Assembly: GCA_027604505.1 (NCBI GenBank)
Contig: JADIIX010000062.1
Span: forward strand, 1 to 64,000
Reading direction: 5' to 3'
Source: Gonapodya sp. JEL0774
Lineage: Eukaryota
Length of the DNA stretch: 64,000 nt
In this document: positions 1 to 13,347 of the stretch, in pieces
Layout: each line of letters begins with the position of its first letter
Numbering within the stretch: position 1 is the first letter of the stretch
The notes under the pieces: generated by a model
What the model saw: only the letters and a program-made list of their open reading frames with translations
What the model was told of the DNA's origin: nothing
Databases searched by the model: none
Translations under genes and position numbers: made by a program

Positions 1-3000
1 AATCCCTCCCCCCTGCTCTCCACCGCTCCCCCTACGCCGCCCATCCCCTCTCCCCCCCTTCAAAACCCCCTCCTCTCCCGTCCCACCCTCCGCCCTCTCG
101 CCGCGCCACTGTCGCTGTCCCTTCCTCAGCCTCACCCCATCACTCATCCTCAACCTCTCTCTCCCGCCTCCACCCGGCATCCCCTTCCCCTGCCTCATCC
201 CGCTCCGCCACCAGATCTCACCTCCCTTCTTCTTCTTCTTCCTCCCTCTCTTCTTCCCCGCATCGCCGCTCCCTCGACATCACTGCTCCCCCTCACTTTT
301 CTCCCTCCTCCTCCTCCCCTTCTGCCTCCGCCCGCTCCTCCCGCACCGGCAGTCTCTCAATAGTTCACCCACCTGCCTCCTCCACCACCACACCATCCCG
401 CAAAGAACGAGAACGAGAACGAGAACGAGATCAAGAAAGACCACCCTCAAAACCAAACGAAAAACCATACCATACCCAACCCAAATCCCCAAACGAAAAT
501 CCCTCCCCCTCCACACCCGTGAACGCGAACGAAACCCGCCTCCGCCTCCTCCTACCACCCCCACCACCACCCCCATCCCCATCCCCCTCCCCCGCCCCAC
601 CTGCCCCACCCGCCCCATCCGCTTCCGCCGGCCCCCCAACCTCCTCCCTCACCTCCCTCGACGACGGCGGCGCCACCGCAGGGCGGTACAGGCTCGAGAC
701 CGACGCGGTCGTGGTGGGGACCGTGGGGTTGAGGAATTTGGGGTGAGCTAGCGGGGAGAAAGGGGGACGTGGTGGACGGGTGTGGGGGTGATGGTGAAAA
801 CGGAAAGGTGTTGAAAGTGCGGTGGAAAAGTGCAGGTGGAAATCCGGACCGAGGCAAGGAATGCGAAGTGGGATGTGGCATGTGAGATGTGGCCAGATGT
901 GGCGAGATGTGCGAGATGTGCCCGAGCGGGAGAGGGGGGAGAGGCGAGGACGTGTTCAGTCCCGTACCCCGTTGCGACTGCTGGCCCGAAACTTTCTTCC
1001 CCCATCCATTCGACACCCCCACTTGGTTCCCCTCCTCTCACCCATTTCCCCCCTCCCACCCATTCCCCCACCCCGCAACCCCCAACCCCCACCCCCAGCA
1101 ACACCTGCTTCATGAACTCCATCCTCCAATGCACCCTGGCCACCGAGTACCTGGTCGCGTTCTTCACACGGTGGGCATCCCAATCTCAATCCACGCAGGC
1201 ACAGGGACAGGGACAGGGACGGGGCATAGCGCACGGTGAGACAACGCCCCCTTGCTCCCTCCACGCGCCGCACCCTCACCCCGCCCCCCCGCCCCCCCGA
1301 CAGCCCTCCTCCCTCTCTTCGCCGCCACTTTCTCCCCTTCCCCCCCTTCCCTCTCCCCTTCCACCTTCACCCCGCACCCCGCCGTCTCCCCCTTACCATT
1401 CTACCGCGCCGTGTGCGCGCAGTACCCCCAGTTCGCCGGGTACGGGCAGCAAGACGCGCAAGAGTTTTTGCGCGCCATGTTGGAGGGGGTGGTGGGTTGC
1501 TGACGGGGGGGGCGGGGGGGGNNNNNNNNNNTTTCTGAATTCACCCAAACTGGGTCTGAAACACGCCGGAATCAACTCCCTTGCGCACTCCACAATTTAC
1601 GGCACACCCCCCCCCCCACCACACAACAAAGCCCCCCCCACCGCCCCCCCGGGCCCCGCACCACCCACCCACCCCCAGCACGACGACCTCCGCCCCCACC
1701 CTGCGCCTCCCCCCGGGAAGCAGTACAGCGAGGAGACGGTGGACGGGTGGGACGATAGGAAGAAGGCCAAGTACAGCTGGGAGAGGTGTCGGAGGGACGG
1801 GGGCAGTGTGGTGATGGGTGGGTTGAGGGGTCTGTGGTTTGTGGACGCACTGCCACGGTGTTTTGTTCCCGCGTTTTGTTTTGTGGGGTGCGGCTGGCCT
1901 GATCCCCCAAAACCCCCCTCCCCGCCCCCCCGCGGTGCCCGCAGACCTCTTTGGCGGCCTCCTCCACTCCTCCATCACCTGCCACCGCTGCCACCACCGA
2001 TCCTCCACCTTTGACTTCTTCATGGACCTCTCGGTGCCCATTCCTGTTCCCCCTGCAACTCCTGCCCCCTCCTCTTCCGCCGTCCGCGACCTCTTCTCCC
2101 TCTCCCTCCCCCGCGCCGCCCGCTCCCTCTCCAAATCCCGCCACCGCACCAGCCCCGCCGTCCCCGGCCCCGTCGCCTTACAAGCCTGCCTCGACGCCTT
2201 CGCGGCGGACGAGGTCCTCGAGGGGGACGAGGCCTACAGGTGTGCGAAATGTATGCGACAGGTCAGCGCCACCAAGAGGTTGAGGGTGTGTAGGGCGCCG
2301 GATGTGTTGGTCGTGCGTGAGTTGAGGGAGCAGGGAGGGGGGACGGGGAAGGGCGGGAGAGGGGGGGGGGTCGGGTGGAGACGAGACGGCCGCGTTTGTG
2401 TTGGTTTGATTGAACCTGTTTGGGCTCCCCCCCACCCCCCCACCCACCGCACCCCCCCTCCCGGTTCCTCACCCCACGGACCACGTCGGCTCTGACCACC
2501 GCTCCGGCTCGCTGCTGTACTCTCTGTTCCAGATCTCAAGCGGTTCGCCTACGACACCTACTCTGGTGAGAAGATCGAAACCGTGGTGGACTTTCCGTTC
2601 GAGAACCTGAGGATCGACAGCATCGTGAGCGATATCGGAGGTACGTAGGCGCTAGGGGGTCATTGGTATTTGGGGGTTTGGTGCCCACCGACACCGAGCG
2701 AGTACGCTTCCCGCGCGCGGGTGAATTCACTTCGTGTGTGTGCTATCGTTTTGGTGCAGGCCCCGACGGCACCCCACCATCGCCCGTGTACGATCTGTAC
2801 GCGGTGTGTTCCCACTCAGGGTCACTCTACGGCGGGCACTACGTCGCGTACACCAAGAGCCTCTCCCCGTACCCGCCTTTACCAAGCTCGCGCAACTCGT
2901 CCGTGAGCAGTCTGGCCGACTCCCCGACTTCGCCCTGGACGCCCGACACGCCGAGCCCGACCAGTCCCAGTCGCAGTGCCAGTCCCATTCCGGGTGCAAA

Positions 3001-3112
3001 GTTGAAGTTGAACGAGACGTGGCATTTGTGTAACGATTCGTATGTGTCGCCCGTGAGGAGGGAGGAGGCGGTGGCGGGTGCGTACGTGTTGTTTTATAAG
3101 AGGAGGAGGTGA
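1..3112 (+). CDS. Ubiquitin-specific protease (USP, peptidase C19; USP2/USP8-like), 5'-partial, multi-exon
   Basis: The Cys box GLRNLG|NTCFMNSILQC is split by intron 743-1098. Also present: QQDAQEFL, FxDLSVPIP, CxxC pairs, VHLKRF (across intron 2317-2532) and the His box YDLYAVCSHSGSLYGGHYVAY...WHLCNDS...AYVLFY. A Ser/Pro-rich frame is open back to position 3. N gap at 1522-1531. Confidence 0.93.
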
Positions 3113-3344
3113 CGACTGTGGGAACGGCACCAAAGCAGTATAATATTATTACATAGATCTATAGAAAGAACAATGTCGAAAGGTTACTTTAACGAACTAC
3201 TTATACTTGGGTATGTCTCGTGTCACTGGTGTTTGTTAGAGGGATCAGGGGATCCGGGAACTGTGCCGACCACCATAAATGATCGGATCAACATCCACGA
3301 CCAACCCGTTCCAACCATAATCATTCTTGTCAACAACCATCACA

Positions 3345-5016
3345 ATGCCGTCCATCGATGTCCCTCTGCACAAATCTTTTTCCAAGGTTCCGCTTCTAGA
3401 CGTGTCTCTTCTCGATTCCTCCCCCGAGAGTCACCGTCAGTTCGTGCACGACTTGCGCGATGCGTGTGAGCTGAACATGGACGGGGGGCCACGGGGGTTG
3501 ATCGAGCGTAACACGTAGACTCGCAGCTGACAAGATGGTATTTTTTTCCTTCTGTCACAATGCTTACTGTCGGCATGTGCTAGTGGTGTCTTGTGGGTTT
3601 CTCTATGTTAAGAACCACGGGATCCCCGAATCGTTGATCGCGGACGTGCAGGCCGCCGCGAAGAAACTGTTCGACCTCCCACGAGAAGAAAAGGCCAAGT
3701 TTGCCACGTCTCTAAACAAGAGCTTTTTGGGATGGGTCGAGCTCGGCAGTGAAGTGACGTATGGAAAGATCGACATGCGGGAGGTGAGTGATGCCCACCA
3801 GATATGATACATTATTCCATCGAGGATGAACAAAAAGCACCTATGTATGCATTCAGGCTATGGAAATGGGGTTTGAGATCCCAGCCGCGAAGGACTCGGA
3901 GCCAATCTGGTACAACGTGCAAGGTCCCAACAATTTCCCTCGCGAGGAGCTCATGCCGGGGTTCAAGAACTTGGTCATGGAGTATCAAGTGAGTGAGACC
4001 GCGGTGGCATATTTTTAAATCGCGAGTCTTACTCATTACTCCCCGTAGGACAAATGCTTACAACTGGGGATGAAACTGGTTGGTTGCGTCACAGTCCCTA
4101 ACCCACTACAGTACGTACGTGGAGTGTGCCAAACCTTCCCACAACACCTACTAGTTGCATGCCATGGCTGAAACGCTTGATCTACCACCGAATTACTTCG
4201 ATGACAAGTGGCTCGATGAACGTCCGACGCATCACTTTAAGTTGAACAAGTGAGCGGCGCGTTTCTGTGATTTCGCCATCACAGGTCAGCCATTCACACA
4301 GCATCCTCAGATATCCATCTGTAAACTTGACTGAGCACCCCGAATTCGAAGGTCGCCTTGGTGTCGCTCACCACCAGGATGAAGACATTGCCACAATCCT
4401 GTGGCAGGATGATACCGGTGGATTACAAATCCAAAAGTGAGCATTCTCAGAACCTCCGTTTTTTGGGTCGGCCGGATAGGAACTTCTCACCAAGTGGTCA
4501 TGTTTATCAAGCTACGATGGCCAATGGGTCGATGTCCCTCCTGTCCCCGGGACTGTCGTGATAAACATTGGCGACTATTGGGAAATGCTGACCGGTGGCC
4601 GCTACGTATCCACGTCTCACCGTGTTCTCCTCAACACAAGTGGGAAGGACAGATACTCTTTCCCATTCTTTATGATGCCAAAGGTGTGTGTCACTCGAGT
4701 CCCGAATCGAAATCTTTTCACGCCACCGCCACGGCCCGCAACGATTCCAAACTATTTTCAGGCCACCGCCCCTCGCCGCTGGCCAGCCATGCCCGAGTCT
4801 GAAATTCCAGAGTATGTTTTAAGAAATGCCCGTGAGCCCAAGGACCGTTGGGCCGAAATGGGGTTCAAACGCGCGGCTGGTGCGCACATCGCCGAGTACT
4901 TTTTCTTCAAATCTATGAAGAGTTATCCAGAGGCGGCAAAGAAACTCTATCCTGGCATTGACTGGTGGAGAGAGATGGGTTTGCCCAGTGCGGAAGAAGC
5001 TAACAAGATGTTTTGA
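3345..5016 (+). CDS. 2OG-Fe(II) dioxygenase (isopenicillin N synthase/DIOX family), multi-exon
   Basis: DIOX_N-like VPLLDVS...GFLYVKNHGIPE; HxD motif (HHQDED); distal His (STSHRV); RxS motif (DRYSFPFF); several short GT-AG introns. Confidence 0.9.
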
Positions 5017-5329
5017 TGATTTGTACATCATTATGTAAGACAATAGTGTGATATACTGTGAAAAGTTTTGGGGCGACAATTCGAAGGTGGTCCTCAGCAC
5101 AGCTATAACCTCCCATCATTCCATCACTTGGACTACTACAGAGATTGCATCATGAAGGATTCATCCCGGGGGGGGGGATGCATAGTGTGTTTGCGCTCAT
5201 TCACTCCGAGTGGGAGATCATGACAATACTCACGCTCCCCAAACCCAAGGTTCCAGCTCCAAATCTTACCTTTCTACGTTTTTATTCACTCTGACTATAG
5301 AACCTTGACTTCCAAACCACACCTCAGCC

Positions 5330-8300
5330 ATGGGAATCAACAGCAGTCACACCATCCCCAAAAGCCATGGGGTGGTGGTGAATATCAGAGGCAAAACTGT
5401 ATCTCATAAAGTGCAATGCTGGAACAAACTGCAACAGGAAAGAGAAAACCTCGGCCTTGAAAATATGGTGGTGGATGTAGATGGTGCATCAGTAATGCAT
5501 AAACTCGCAGGGATCAGGCACCAGAAGTATAGCTCAGCAATTGGCAGAGCTTATCTTGCCAACAGTTTTTGTTGTCCTTCATGGTCTGAGACGAAGCAGG
5601 ATGCAAGGACTGTTTTGGATTGTGTTTGTGAGGAGGTTCATAGTCTTGTTCCTGAAACACAGTTGGTTACCATTTTCTTTGATATCCATCCCTACGGTGA
5701 GTGAAAATGTTTGTATGACTGAATTTGGGTGGTATTGTGTTTAGGATACATTAATTTGTGATTCTACCTCTCTTGTACTTTGTGCAGCACCCCCACTGCC
5801 TCAAACATCAGATCCTCTTACCTTTATTAATATCATGGCTGCTAAAAAGGCAGCAGCAAGAGCCAAAATGTTCAATTCTGGTCTTAAAGACCTTTTCAAT
5901 TCTTTTGTTTCACAAAGCAATGATAAGCATTGTGAGTTCAACCTCCCGATCACTTTTCTTGCTAATCTTACATCATACTACTGATTGGCTGCACTCTTCT
6001 TTTGCTTGTGTTTGTGGGCATTCACATGAATCTCAAAATGCTGGCTTGTTATCTGTTGATGACCCTATGTTCTGGGATTTCCATCTCTATCTCACTCACT
6101 CTCTATGTTCATGTGCACTTTGCAAACTGAATGCCTTGCTTTGAACATGCATTCTTGCTATCAATCTTCATAATCTTATACGGTTTCCAAATAATTGGAT
6201 TGTGCTTTCATCTCTCGGCACTCTCTTGTTCACTATCTAATGTCTGAAATCTTTCTACCACATTCATGAAACATTTATCTACTTAGGTGATAAGCAGAGG
6301 CAACGTGCCCTCATAAAAATTACTCGTGGAGTTGGATCTGGCCATGGTCTGCCCACTTCTTTTTGGAACGCCATGTTAGAGGTTGCAAACGAGCAATCTG
6401 CCTTGTTGAATACAAAGGTAGTTCTTGTCAGTGGCTCAGCAGATCCATGGATTTCAAGTCACTGTAAGTTGTATAGTGCATGAGTGGCTTGTGAACATGT
6501 TGAAAGTTAACAATTTCCAAATAAATCTTTCTGAAATGTTCTTCCCTGCTGGCATGATCCGAAATGGTAATATGATGAACAATGAATTTCTCACTTGGAC
6601 AATGCACATTGTGGTACAATTGCTCATGTGATTTGAACCTTTAACATTGAGCAGTGTCTTTGTGCTTGGAAGAGAATCCTAATTGAATGACTGTAGTCAT
6701 TGCTCAGGATTCAGATTTCTGGGCTTATGGCTCCCCAAAGAATGTAGTGACTGTGCAGGTGACACACGTGATTAATAAGAACAACCCTGGTGCAGGAAGG
6801 AAGATTATTTTTGGCAACAGACTTTTTGGCAGTGGCAGTCCCTTTGACTGTCCTGATTATATATCCCATGCAATTTTACTTGCAAGAGGTACTGATTGTT
6901 TGAGAGGAGCTAGAGCAGTGAGATTCCTGTGTTGTTGAATTCAATCTCTTTGAAACACACTCTGATTTTGATTTCTTATTTTCTCAGAGTTTGGACCAGC
7001 TTATTGTTCTTGCCAATAGTCTTGTTGACGATATGAAATCTAATCCATCTGTTCTTGATAGCCATAATGTTGCTGGCGTTTTCAAGTATTTCGCCACCCA
7101 CAGGGACTTGAAGAGAGACATTTTAGAGGGTTTTGAAAGACTGGCAACTGATGCTCAGGAAGAAATCAACTATATGCTTGCTCCACGCCCAGATGTGAAA
7201 GAGATTTTCTCAAACATCACGAGATGTGGATTCTGTTTTGCAGATACCGATATTGGTACAATAGATGTACAGGCAAAAGAAGCCCCTTCCATCACCAATG
7301 TTTCGTTGTTTGTTAATCAGCAGATTGAACAGAATGGCAAAAAGGTATTCTTGAGAAAAGCTACATTCAGGGATCTCCACAGGAAAGCGGAAGAAGCTGT
7401 GAGTTTGGGATACGTGCAAAGCGAGGGTCCCTGCAAATTGCATTAGTGGTTGCTTCAATTGAACATCAGTCTCATTTCATTCTCTTTTGTTGTGTCACTT
7501 CTGTCTAGGCAAATGCTGATTGGGATGCATTTCATAATACAACTACTTTTACTCCAGTATCTGGACCTACATCCCTTGATACTGCACAACTTCCAATAAC
7601 TAGTGCATCCTTGCAACCCAAATTCACTTTATTGGCTTCTGAGAATGTTTCATAGGGGCCATTAATTGATCCATTTTCAGGTGGTGCTGCATTGCCTATT
7701 TCATCACAGCTTGCAGATACATTGCCAATTCCTGCACCTGCAGCTATTTCATCATCATCATCTTATGCTGTGAGCACTGCAACACTTGGATTGTCTCCAA
7801 CTGGGATGTTTTGTACTTATCCCACGTCTACCCATCCACAACCACAGTCTGCTTGGTCCAGTATTGTTCAAGGTTCATCATCATCTGACCCAAATCCTAT
7901 TGTTGGCTCAAATCCATTGCACTCTGTGGGAATTCAGCAATCGATAAATGTTTTTGGATTCCACAGTCCATCACCTCCCACTGCTGTGGCCCAGCCACAG
8001 GTATCACAGACGTCAATCAACATACCTGTCTCATCAGCTGCTGCAGCACCAGTAGACCAAGCATTTTCTACTTCTGTATATGATCCTATTATACCTCCTG
8101 CCACCACTTTACAGAATATGTTGTGGCCCCCCAGGAGGAGAGATGCTCTGGCAGAACCCTCTGAAAGGCTTTACATTGACAGTGAAGAGAGAGAAAGTAG
8201 GAAACACCATGAAAAGGAGAAGAAACAGGCTGCAATCAGGTTGAAATTTGCAAAGGCACCATTCTTGAGGACAGATTTTCATTTTCGGATCATAAAAAAT

Positions 8301-9580
8301 CAAGGTCCTGTGGTGGAGGGCAAGCCCCAAGGTCAAACGCTGTCTTCTTCTTCAGCTTCTGCATCAGCTCCAACCTTGAAAAGTGATGATGACATTGGTT
8401 GGACATTAGTGCCCCTACTTACGCTTTACGCTGATATAATTCCATCCAGTTCCGTCACTACAAATGCATTGGTCTCGTTGTCGTCCACAGAAGCAGAAAT
8501 TCCAGAACACTTGAGCGCCAAATGCGTGACTCTCTCAGCCATTTCGATTTGTCAAGCAGGTGTAAATGTATTAGGTGCAACAAGTTTGGCGTAGATATCG
8601 GTCCATGGCTGCTGATCGAGCTTAGCAGTTGAGATCCCTTCTTGAGGGCAGAGGCGTCGGAGATTGAACCAAACCTGCGGATATGGAAGTGCTCACAAAC
8701 ACGACACTCTGAGCCACAAGAGTAATGATCGCAACGCTCACTATTGTGGCCATGGCTGCCACCGCCTCAAAGGTAAGTTTAGATGTTCCTCTCTTCACAT
8801 CGCCCAGCTTGCCTTTGTGATTGTTCAGCAGAATGTAAGAAACTGTCTCAACAAAAGCCGGGCTTTTGAACTTAACCCCTTCAGCGGAGTTTAGATTGCT
8901 GATGTGAAGATAAAATGCACAGATCAAATTCCACCGACGCAACACCCTGTATTGAACCATCAATACTCAAAGGAAACATACCGTTTTTGAGAAAGAAGTT
9001 TGTCAATGTATTTCGCTCTTCATGCACCTTCCACCAGGATGTTCCATGGCAAGTCAGCATTCATAATGTATCCCATGGTTCGGTTCACGAGATTGCGGCG
9101 CTCTTGAGTCAAAGCATCACTGAACTGTTGAGCGGAGACATCTCCACATTGCAGTGAGCATTCAGGTGAAATAATTGCAAACTTGACTCACTGTTGAGTA
9201 CACTTCGAGCAGTATTTGGAAGTCGATTTGTGCCTCATCCAGCTCTTCGAGTGTCAACCCTCAGGACAAGGCATAAGCATTGCGAACAGCTTGAAGATAA
9301 TTTTCATGCTTCGCAGCAACTGCCGCAGTGGGGTTAAGACCAAGGATGAGTGGAGGAGGGAACAGTGAAGATTCAACCAAATAGAGCCTGCCAATTGCTC
9401 GTATCTTCTCTGTTGCGGTGGTTTCAATCGTGGCTCTTCAATACCGCACATGTCAAAAAAAATCAACATCGTGAAAAAAGGAGGACATTTCAGCAAGATG
9501 CCGGAGACTGTGAATCTGTGATTCGTACTTGGCCTGTTCGGCTGCTCTGACAGATTTCCTTTTCCGCGCAGCTTCTGTAA
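5330..9580 (+). pseudogene. XPG/FEN1/EXO1-like PIN-H3TH nuclease gene with a long C-terminal extension, CpG-depleted and decaying
   Basis: Exons 5330-5696, 5788-5931, 6287-6463 and 6655 onward give MGINS, VVDVDGASVMH, IFFD, VVLVSGSADPWI, VIAQDSDFWAYG and AILLARGTDC, matching XPG N/I motifs and H3TH. In-frame TGA stops at 6684, 8665, 8710, 9155 and 9548. The 3' extent is uncertain. Confidence 0.65.
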
Positions 9581-11589
9581 ACGTGTGCAGCGTGCAGTGG
9601 CGTTTAATTACTGTTAAACAAAAAAGCTTGTTTCCTGATGAGTGGTATATTTTACACGAATGACTTCCCCATGAATTAGTCCCCACGTCCACTTATGCAT
9701 AGAACGTCTCAAGATAATGAATCCTCTTAAACAACTACCAGTGAATCATGTTGACTTAGTTCCAGTCCATGCCCTCTCCCGAGAGTCGTTTGTCGCATTG
9801 TCCCGACTTCTACGTCCCCATCAAACAGAACTCGTGCGATCCTAAACAAATCTACTGTACTACGCAGAGTCTGCCGATTCCGGGGGCGGGGGGTTTTGGG
9901 AAGCACTGGGTACAATGGACACCCCGATGTCTCTTGACGTACGGAGATAACGGAACGGACCGGTCTGGAGGATTCCAAGAGGCTCGGACAGTGACATGAG
10001 TATACAGGAGTTTGGCAGAGTTCTGGGCTGATCCGTTGATTACATTCTCTCGTAGATTGCGCAGTCATCCTTCCACGCCTAGTAGAGCAGCTCAGCGACG
10101 GCTACGGACGTAAGAGATACAGACGCAAGAAAAATCACCGTTCAAAAAACCCGTGCTCGGCAGACTGTATCTCGAAGCAACGAAGTAACTTTGCAGGCAA
10201 AAGCGATCCTTCAAGTCAAAACTACAACATGGTTACAGGTCGTGTGCGCTGTCCTTGGTTTTCGTATTGCGTAGAGCGTTTATGGCTCTGATTCATGCTC
10301 CTGGAATCCACTCGCATTCGCTCGCCATGGGCAAGGATCGTCCGATTCACTACATTTGGGGATGGAGGACGTCCTTGCTACAACGCGGTGAACCACACTG
10401 TAATAACCTACACGAACTTATTCTTTTTTACGAGTCTGGGACAAGACCTGAAGCAGTTCTATTTGTCTGTCAAGCACATAATCATAGCGTCTACTCATGT
10501 CAGCTCATGTTTTCATAATTCAAATGGATCTTGGTCTCGCGTCCCCCTTTCAATATGCAATTAGTACGCAAATGAAGAATTTCTGCTTTTGTTGTCTGTG
10601 CTCCAAAAATGGATCCAAAGTGGACGGACGCCTTCTCTTCGTTCACTGGTTGTCTTTGTCAGCTGGAAACACATGTAACAAGATTTGATTATGGACAAAT
10701 AAATGGTGTCTAAGTAGTCTATTATCTAGGGAGAGTCACGTTGCAATCTGCGTTCTAATCGATGTATCGGTCATGCCGGATCCTTGGCAAGTGTGCTTCC
10801 AACACTTCAGCGTGAGTACTCGTGCTCCATCCTCGCTACCTCCTGGTGCACAGCCAAGCCATTCTCCTGCTGACGTTCTCTCTCTCCTGCAAAGAGTACA
10901 CGCGCAGCGTGTGGGTGGGCCGTCCAGCGCCGTTTGGAGCAGTTTCGAGAGGGTCCATGCTGTTCTCGGATACAGGGGATGTGGGGAGGCCGGATGGACG
11001 ACGAGTCTGCGCTTCTATACGCCACGAGATGGGGAACATGGTCGTCGAACGGTGCTGGTGTCCGAATGTGATCCCATTCCGCCATGAAGCGCGGTGACAA
11101 GAGAGCACCCGAACTCTCTCTCTCCCGTTCAACTAAAGCATTTGGCCGTATGCAGTCCGTTGACACTGTTGAGATGAGACAAGGGTCCGAGTGTAAGCAG
11201 AATGGTTTGATCCGAAATCAGAGAGAGCGGCTTCAATGAACCAAAGGGGGCCACGAACTTAGATATAAATTCCAGCGTCTGGATTGAATTCACAGTACGT
11301 TTCAAGTTTCACAATCGGTCCCATCTGCTGGGTATTTGACTGAGAGATGTTATGGTGTGGTTCTGCTGGATTGGCCTGTATGGCGGGGTGAACGACATAC
11401 GCGATTCCAGGAACGCAAAACTCTGCTATGTATCGGTTTGCGGATGACAGGAAAACTCTTTTTCTCGTGTCCTTGAGATTACGCCGTACATCAGAAGAAG
11501 TTAAATTATTGTTTATGTGCTTCGCCCATACGATGGTGCCAGAGTTCATCCACCGTCTTTCATGTATCCCCCACTCCCGAAAGCCACAA

Positions 11590-13347
11590 ATGTCGTGGTT
11601 TGACACCTTTACCCCGCCTCACGCCAATGTCCAACGTCGCGTTCGGATCCCGCAGAAGGCAGGGGAATGTCCGTTCCCGAAAGCAGATCTTCCCCCTGAT
11701 GTCTCCCTCCTTCCTCAACTATGGATCGAAAACTCCCCCGCAACGACATGGCCTGACTTACGACCCTTGCACACTTTCCCAAACCCATCTGATCCGAAAG
11801 TTCTGGTACCCCCTCACTCTCCCCCGAAAGTATTGACTCCAACCCAAACGGCATTTGTGGAGGGTGTACGTCAGCGAATTTTTGGGACGGGGGATACCCC
11901 TGGACTTCTTCTTCCGGAAGGCGATGATTATGCAGACGTAGAACGGAGATTTTGGTCGGACGAGCGGATCCGCCAGTATTGCAGAGCGGTGAAGTGGGTG
12001 AGCATTGACGCGGCAACGAAGCGTATTGAAACCTCGAGTGAGTTGCTAGGACAAATTGTTTGAGACGCTGTATACCGGTTGATCAAATAAATTTCTATTT
12101 GGATGGCCATTTCTGAATGCGGATGGGAAGTCAAGTGGCGGCGAGAGTTTAAACCAGAATGCATTCCCTTTGAGGAGATCCTACCAGAGGTGTGTTCAGC
12201 CAGAACCCCTGGACCCGCCTCAACAAGCCCTCTCACTATTCCAATTGCAGCTCGTAAGTGCTTGTACTTGTGCCCTATGACGCCTTCGAGACTTCCAAAC
12301 TTTGAATACAAGGCTTCGGGAAAGAACTATGTCTCAGGACACGATCGATGGGGTCGACCAGTGTAGTGAGTACCCACATCGAAGTTTACATGACTGCACA
12401 AATTATTGTGTGGTCTTGAACCTGGAGGCACTGGTACTCAATGGGAAGAGTTGGAATTAGGCGTCGATGGGGTTGATGGACTTCTGCTGGTTCCCCCCAA
12501 CGCTTCTGAGCAGATGCTCCTCTGATATTCAGCATAATGCGACCAGAGCGTGAGCAAACAAAGACTTACGATCGCCAAATCCGGGCAGTAGTGTGGAACA
12601 TTGAATTTGCTCGAAGGTGGTGCATGCTCGAAGGAGTGGAACAAGTTGGTACTCGTTTTGACGTTTGATGAGAGGAAATTAACTACTTATCTTTGGTTCC
12701 CTATTTTACCTCGGCGTTTCGGTAGATTGTCGTCATACTCAATTTCGGCAGCCTCAGTATGTTCAACGCGCCTCCGATGAATGTGACACGCACGTTCATA
12801 TCGGTTCTCGGTAAGAAAGCACTCTAGTTTGTCAATTGGCGTCTTAGTGGATCTTATTTGTCACGGTGCTTCGCGGGATGGCGTCCCCTCAACAATAGAA
12901 CAGCACTATCCTGAGATTCTTGGAGTATTCCACATCTTGAACGCATCATGGATTTTGCGAACGATGATGACAATCGCAAGTGAGTAAATCTGCTTGCATG
13001 TTCAGTGGAAGTATTTTCACTATTTGCAAACACCAAACAGGTCCTTTCTTGGACCCCGTGACGAAAGTATGAGTCTGCAGACGGGTCTTTCCGCTCCTCA
13101 CTGACGGAAATTCAACTGATTGCATCTTCCACTCCAGTCAAAGGCCCATCTCGTTGCGGACGCCAAAGCCAAGGAGGAGAAAGAGGGTGTCGGCGTAGAA
13201 GGGTTCGGCGGCACTACCCGCCTGGCAGAGCATTTTGATCTCGATGAGGTAGAATCTGATTTGGGTGGGACCTCCAAGTTTGATTTTGATTTGGAGGCGT
13301 GGTCGGTGGCGGTCAGAGAGACAATGACAAGGGAACCAAAGTACTGA
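11590..13347 (+). CDS. CRAL-TRIO/Sec14-family lipid transfer protein (Pdr16/Sfh3-like), multi-exon
   Basis: RQYCRAVKW...AATKRIET...KWRREFKPE; GKNYVSGHDRWGRPV; HYPE-type segment; FLDPVT; DLGGTSKFDFD. Confidence 0.85.

Noticed and set aside
872..920. Tandem GATGTG repeats in the USP intron, and (GAACGA)n near 405-430
   Set aside because: Simple microsatellite-like repeats with no spacers, so not CRISPR-like.
1..3112. Functional linkage between the USP gene and the ubiquitin-ZZ array
   Set aside because: They are 45 kb apart with many unrelated genes between, and eukaryotic proximity alone is not evidence.
8500..9580. Possible TnpB/Fanzor RuvC or DDE transposase downstream of the PIN domain
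   Set aside because: No convincing RuvC I/II/III acidic motifs, zinc ribbon or DDE triad in any frame.
5156..9725. 9-bp inverted match aggattcat (5156) / atgaatcct (9717) bracketing the CpG-depleted island as a possible TIR
   Set aside because: It is too short, does not extend inward and has no target-site duplication, so it may be chance.
9716..11130. Short ORF fragments faintly resembling a glycosyltransferase pseudogene
   Set aside because: No consistent frame or diagnostic motif could be assembled.
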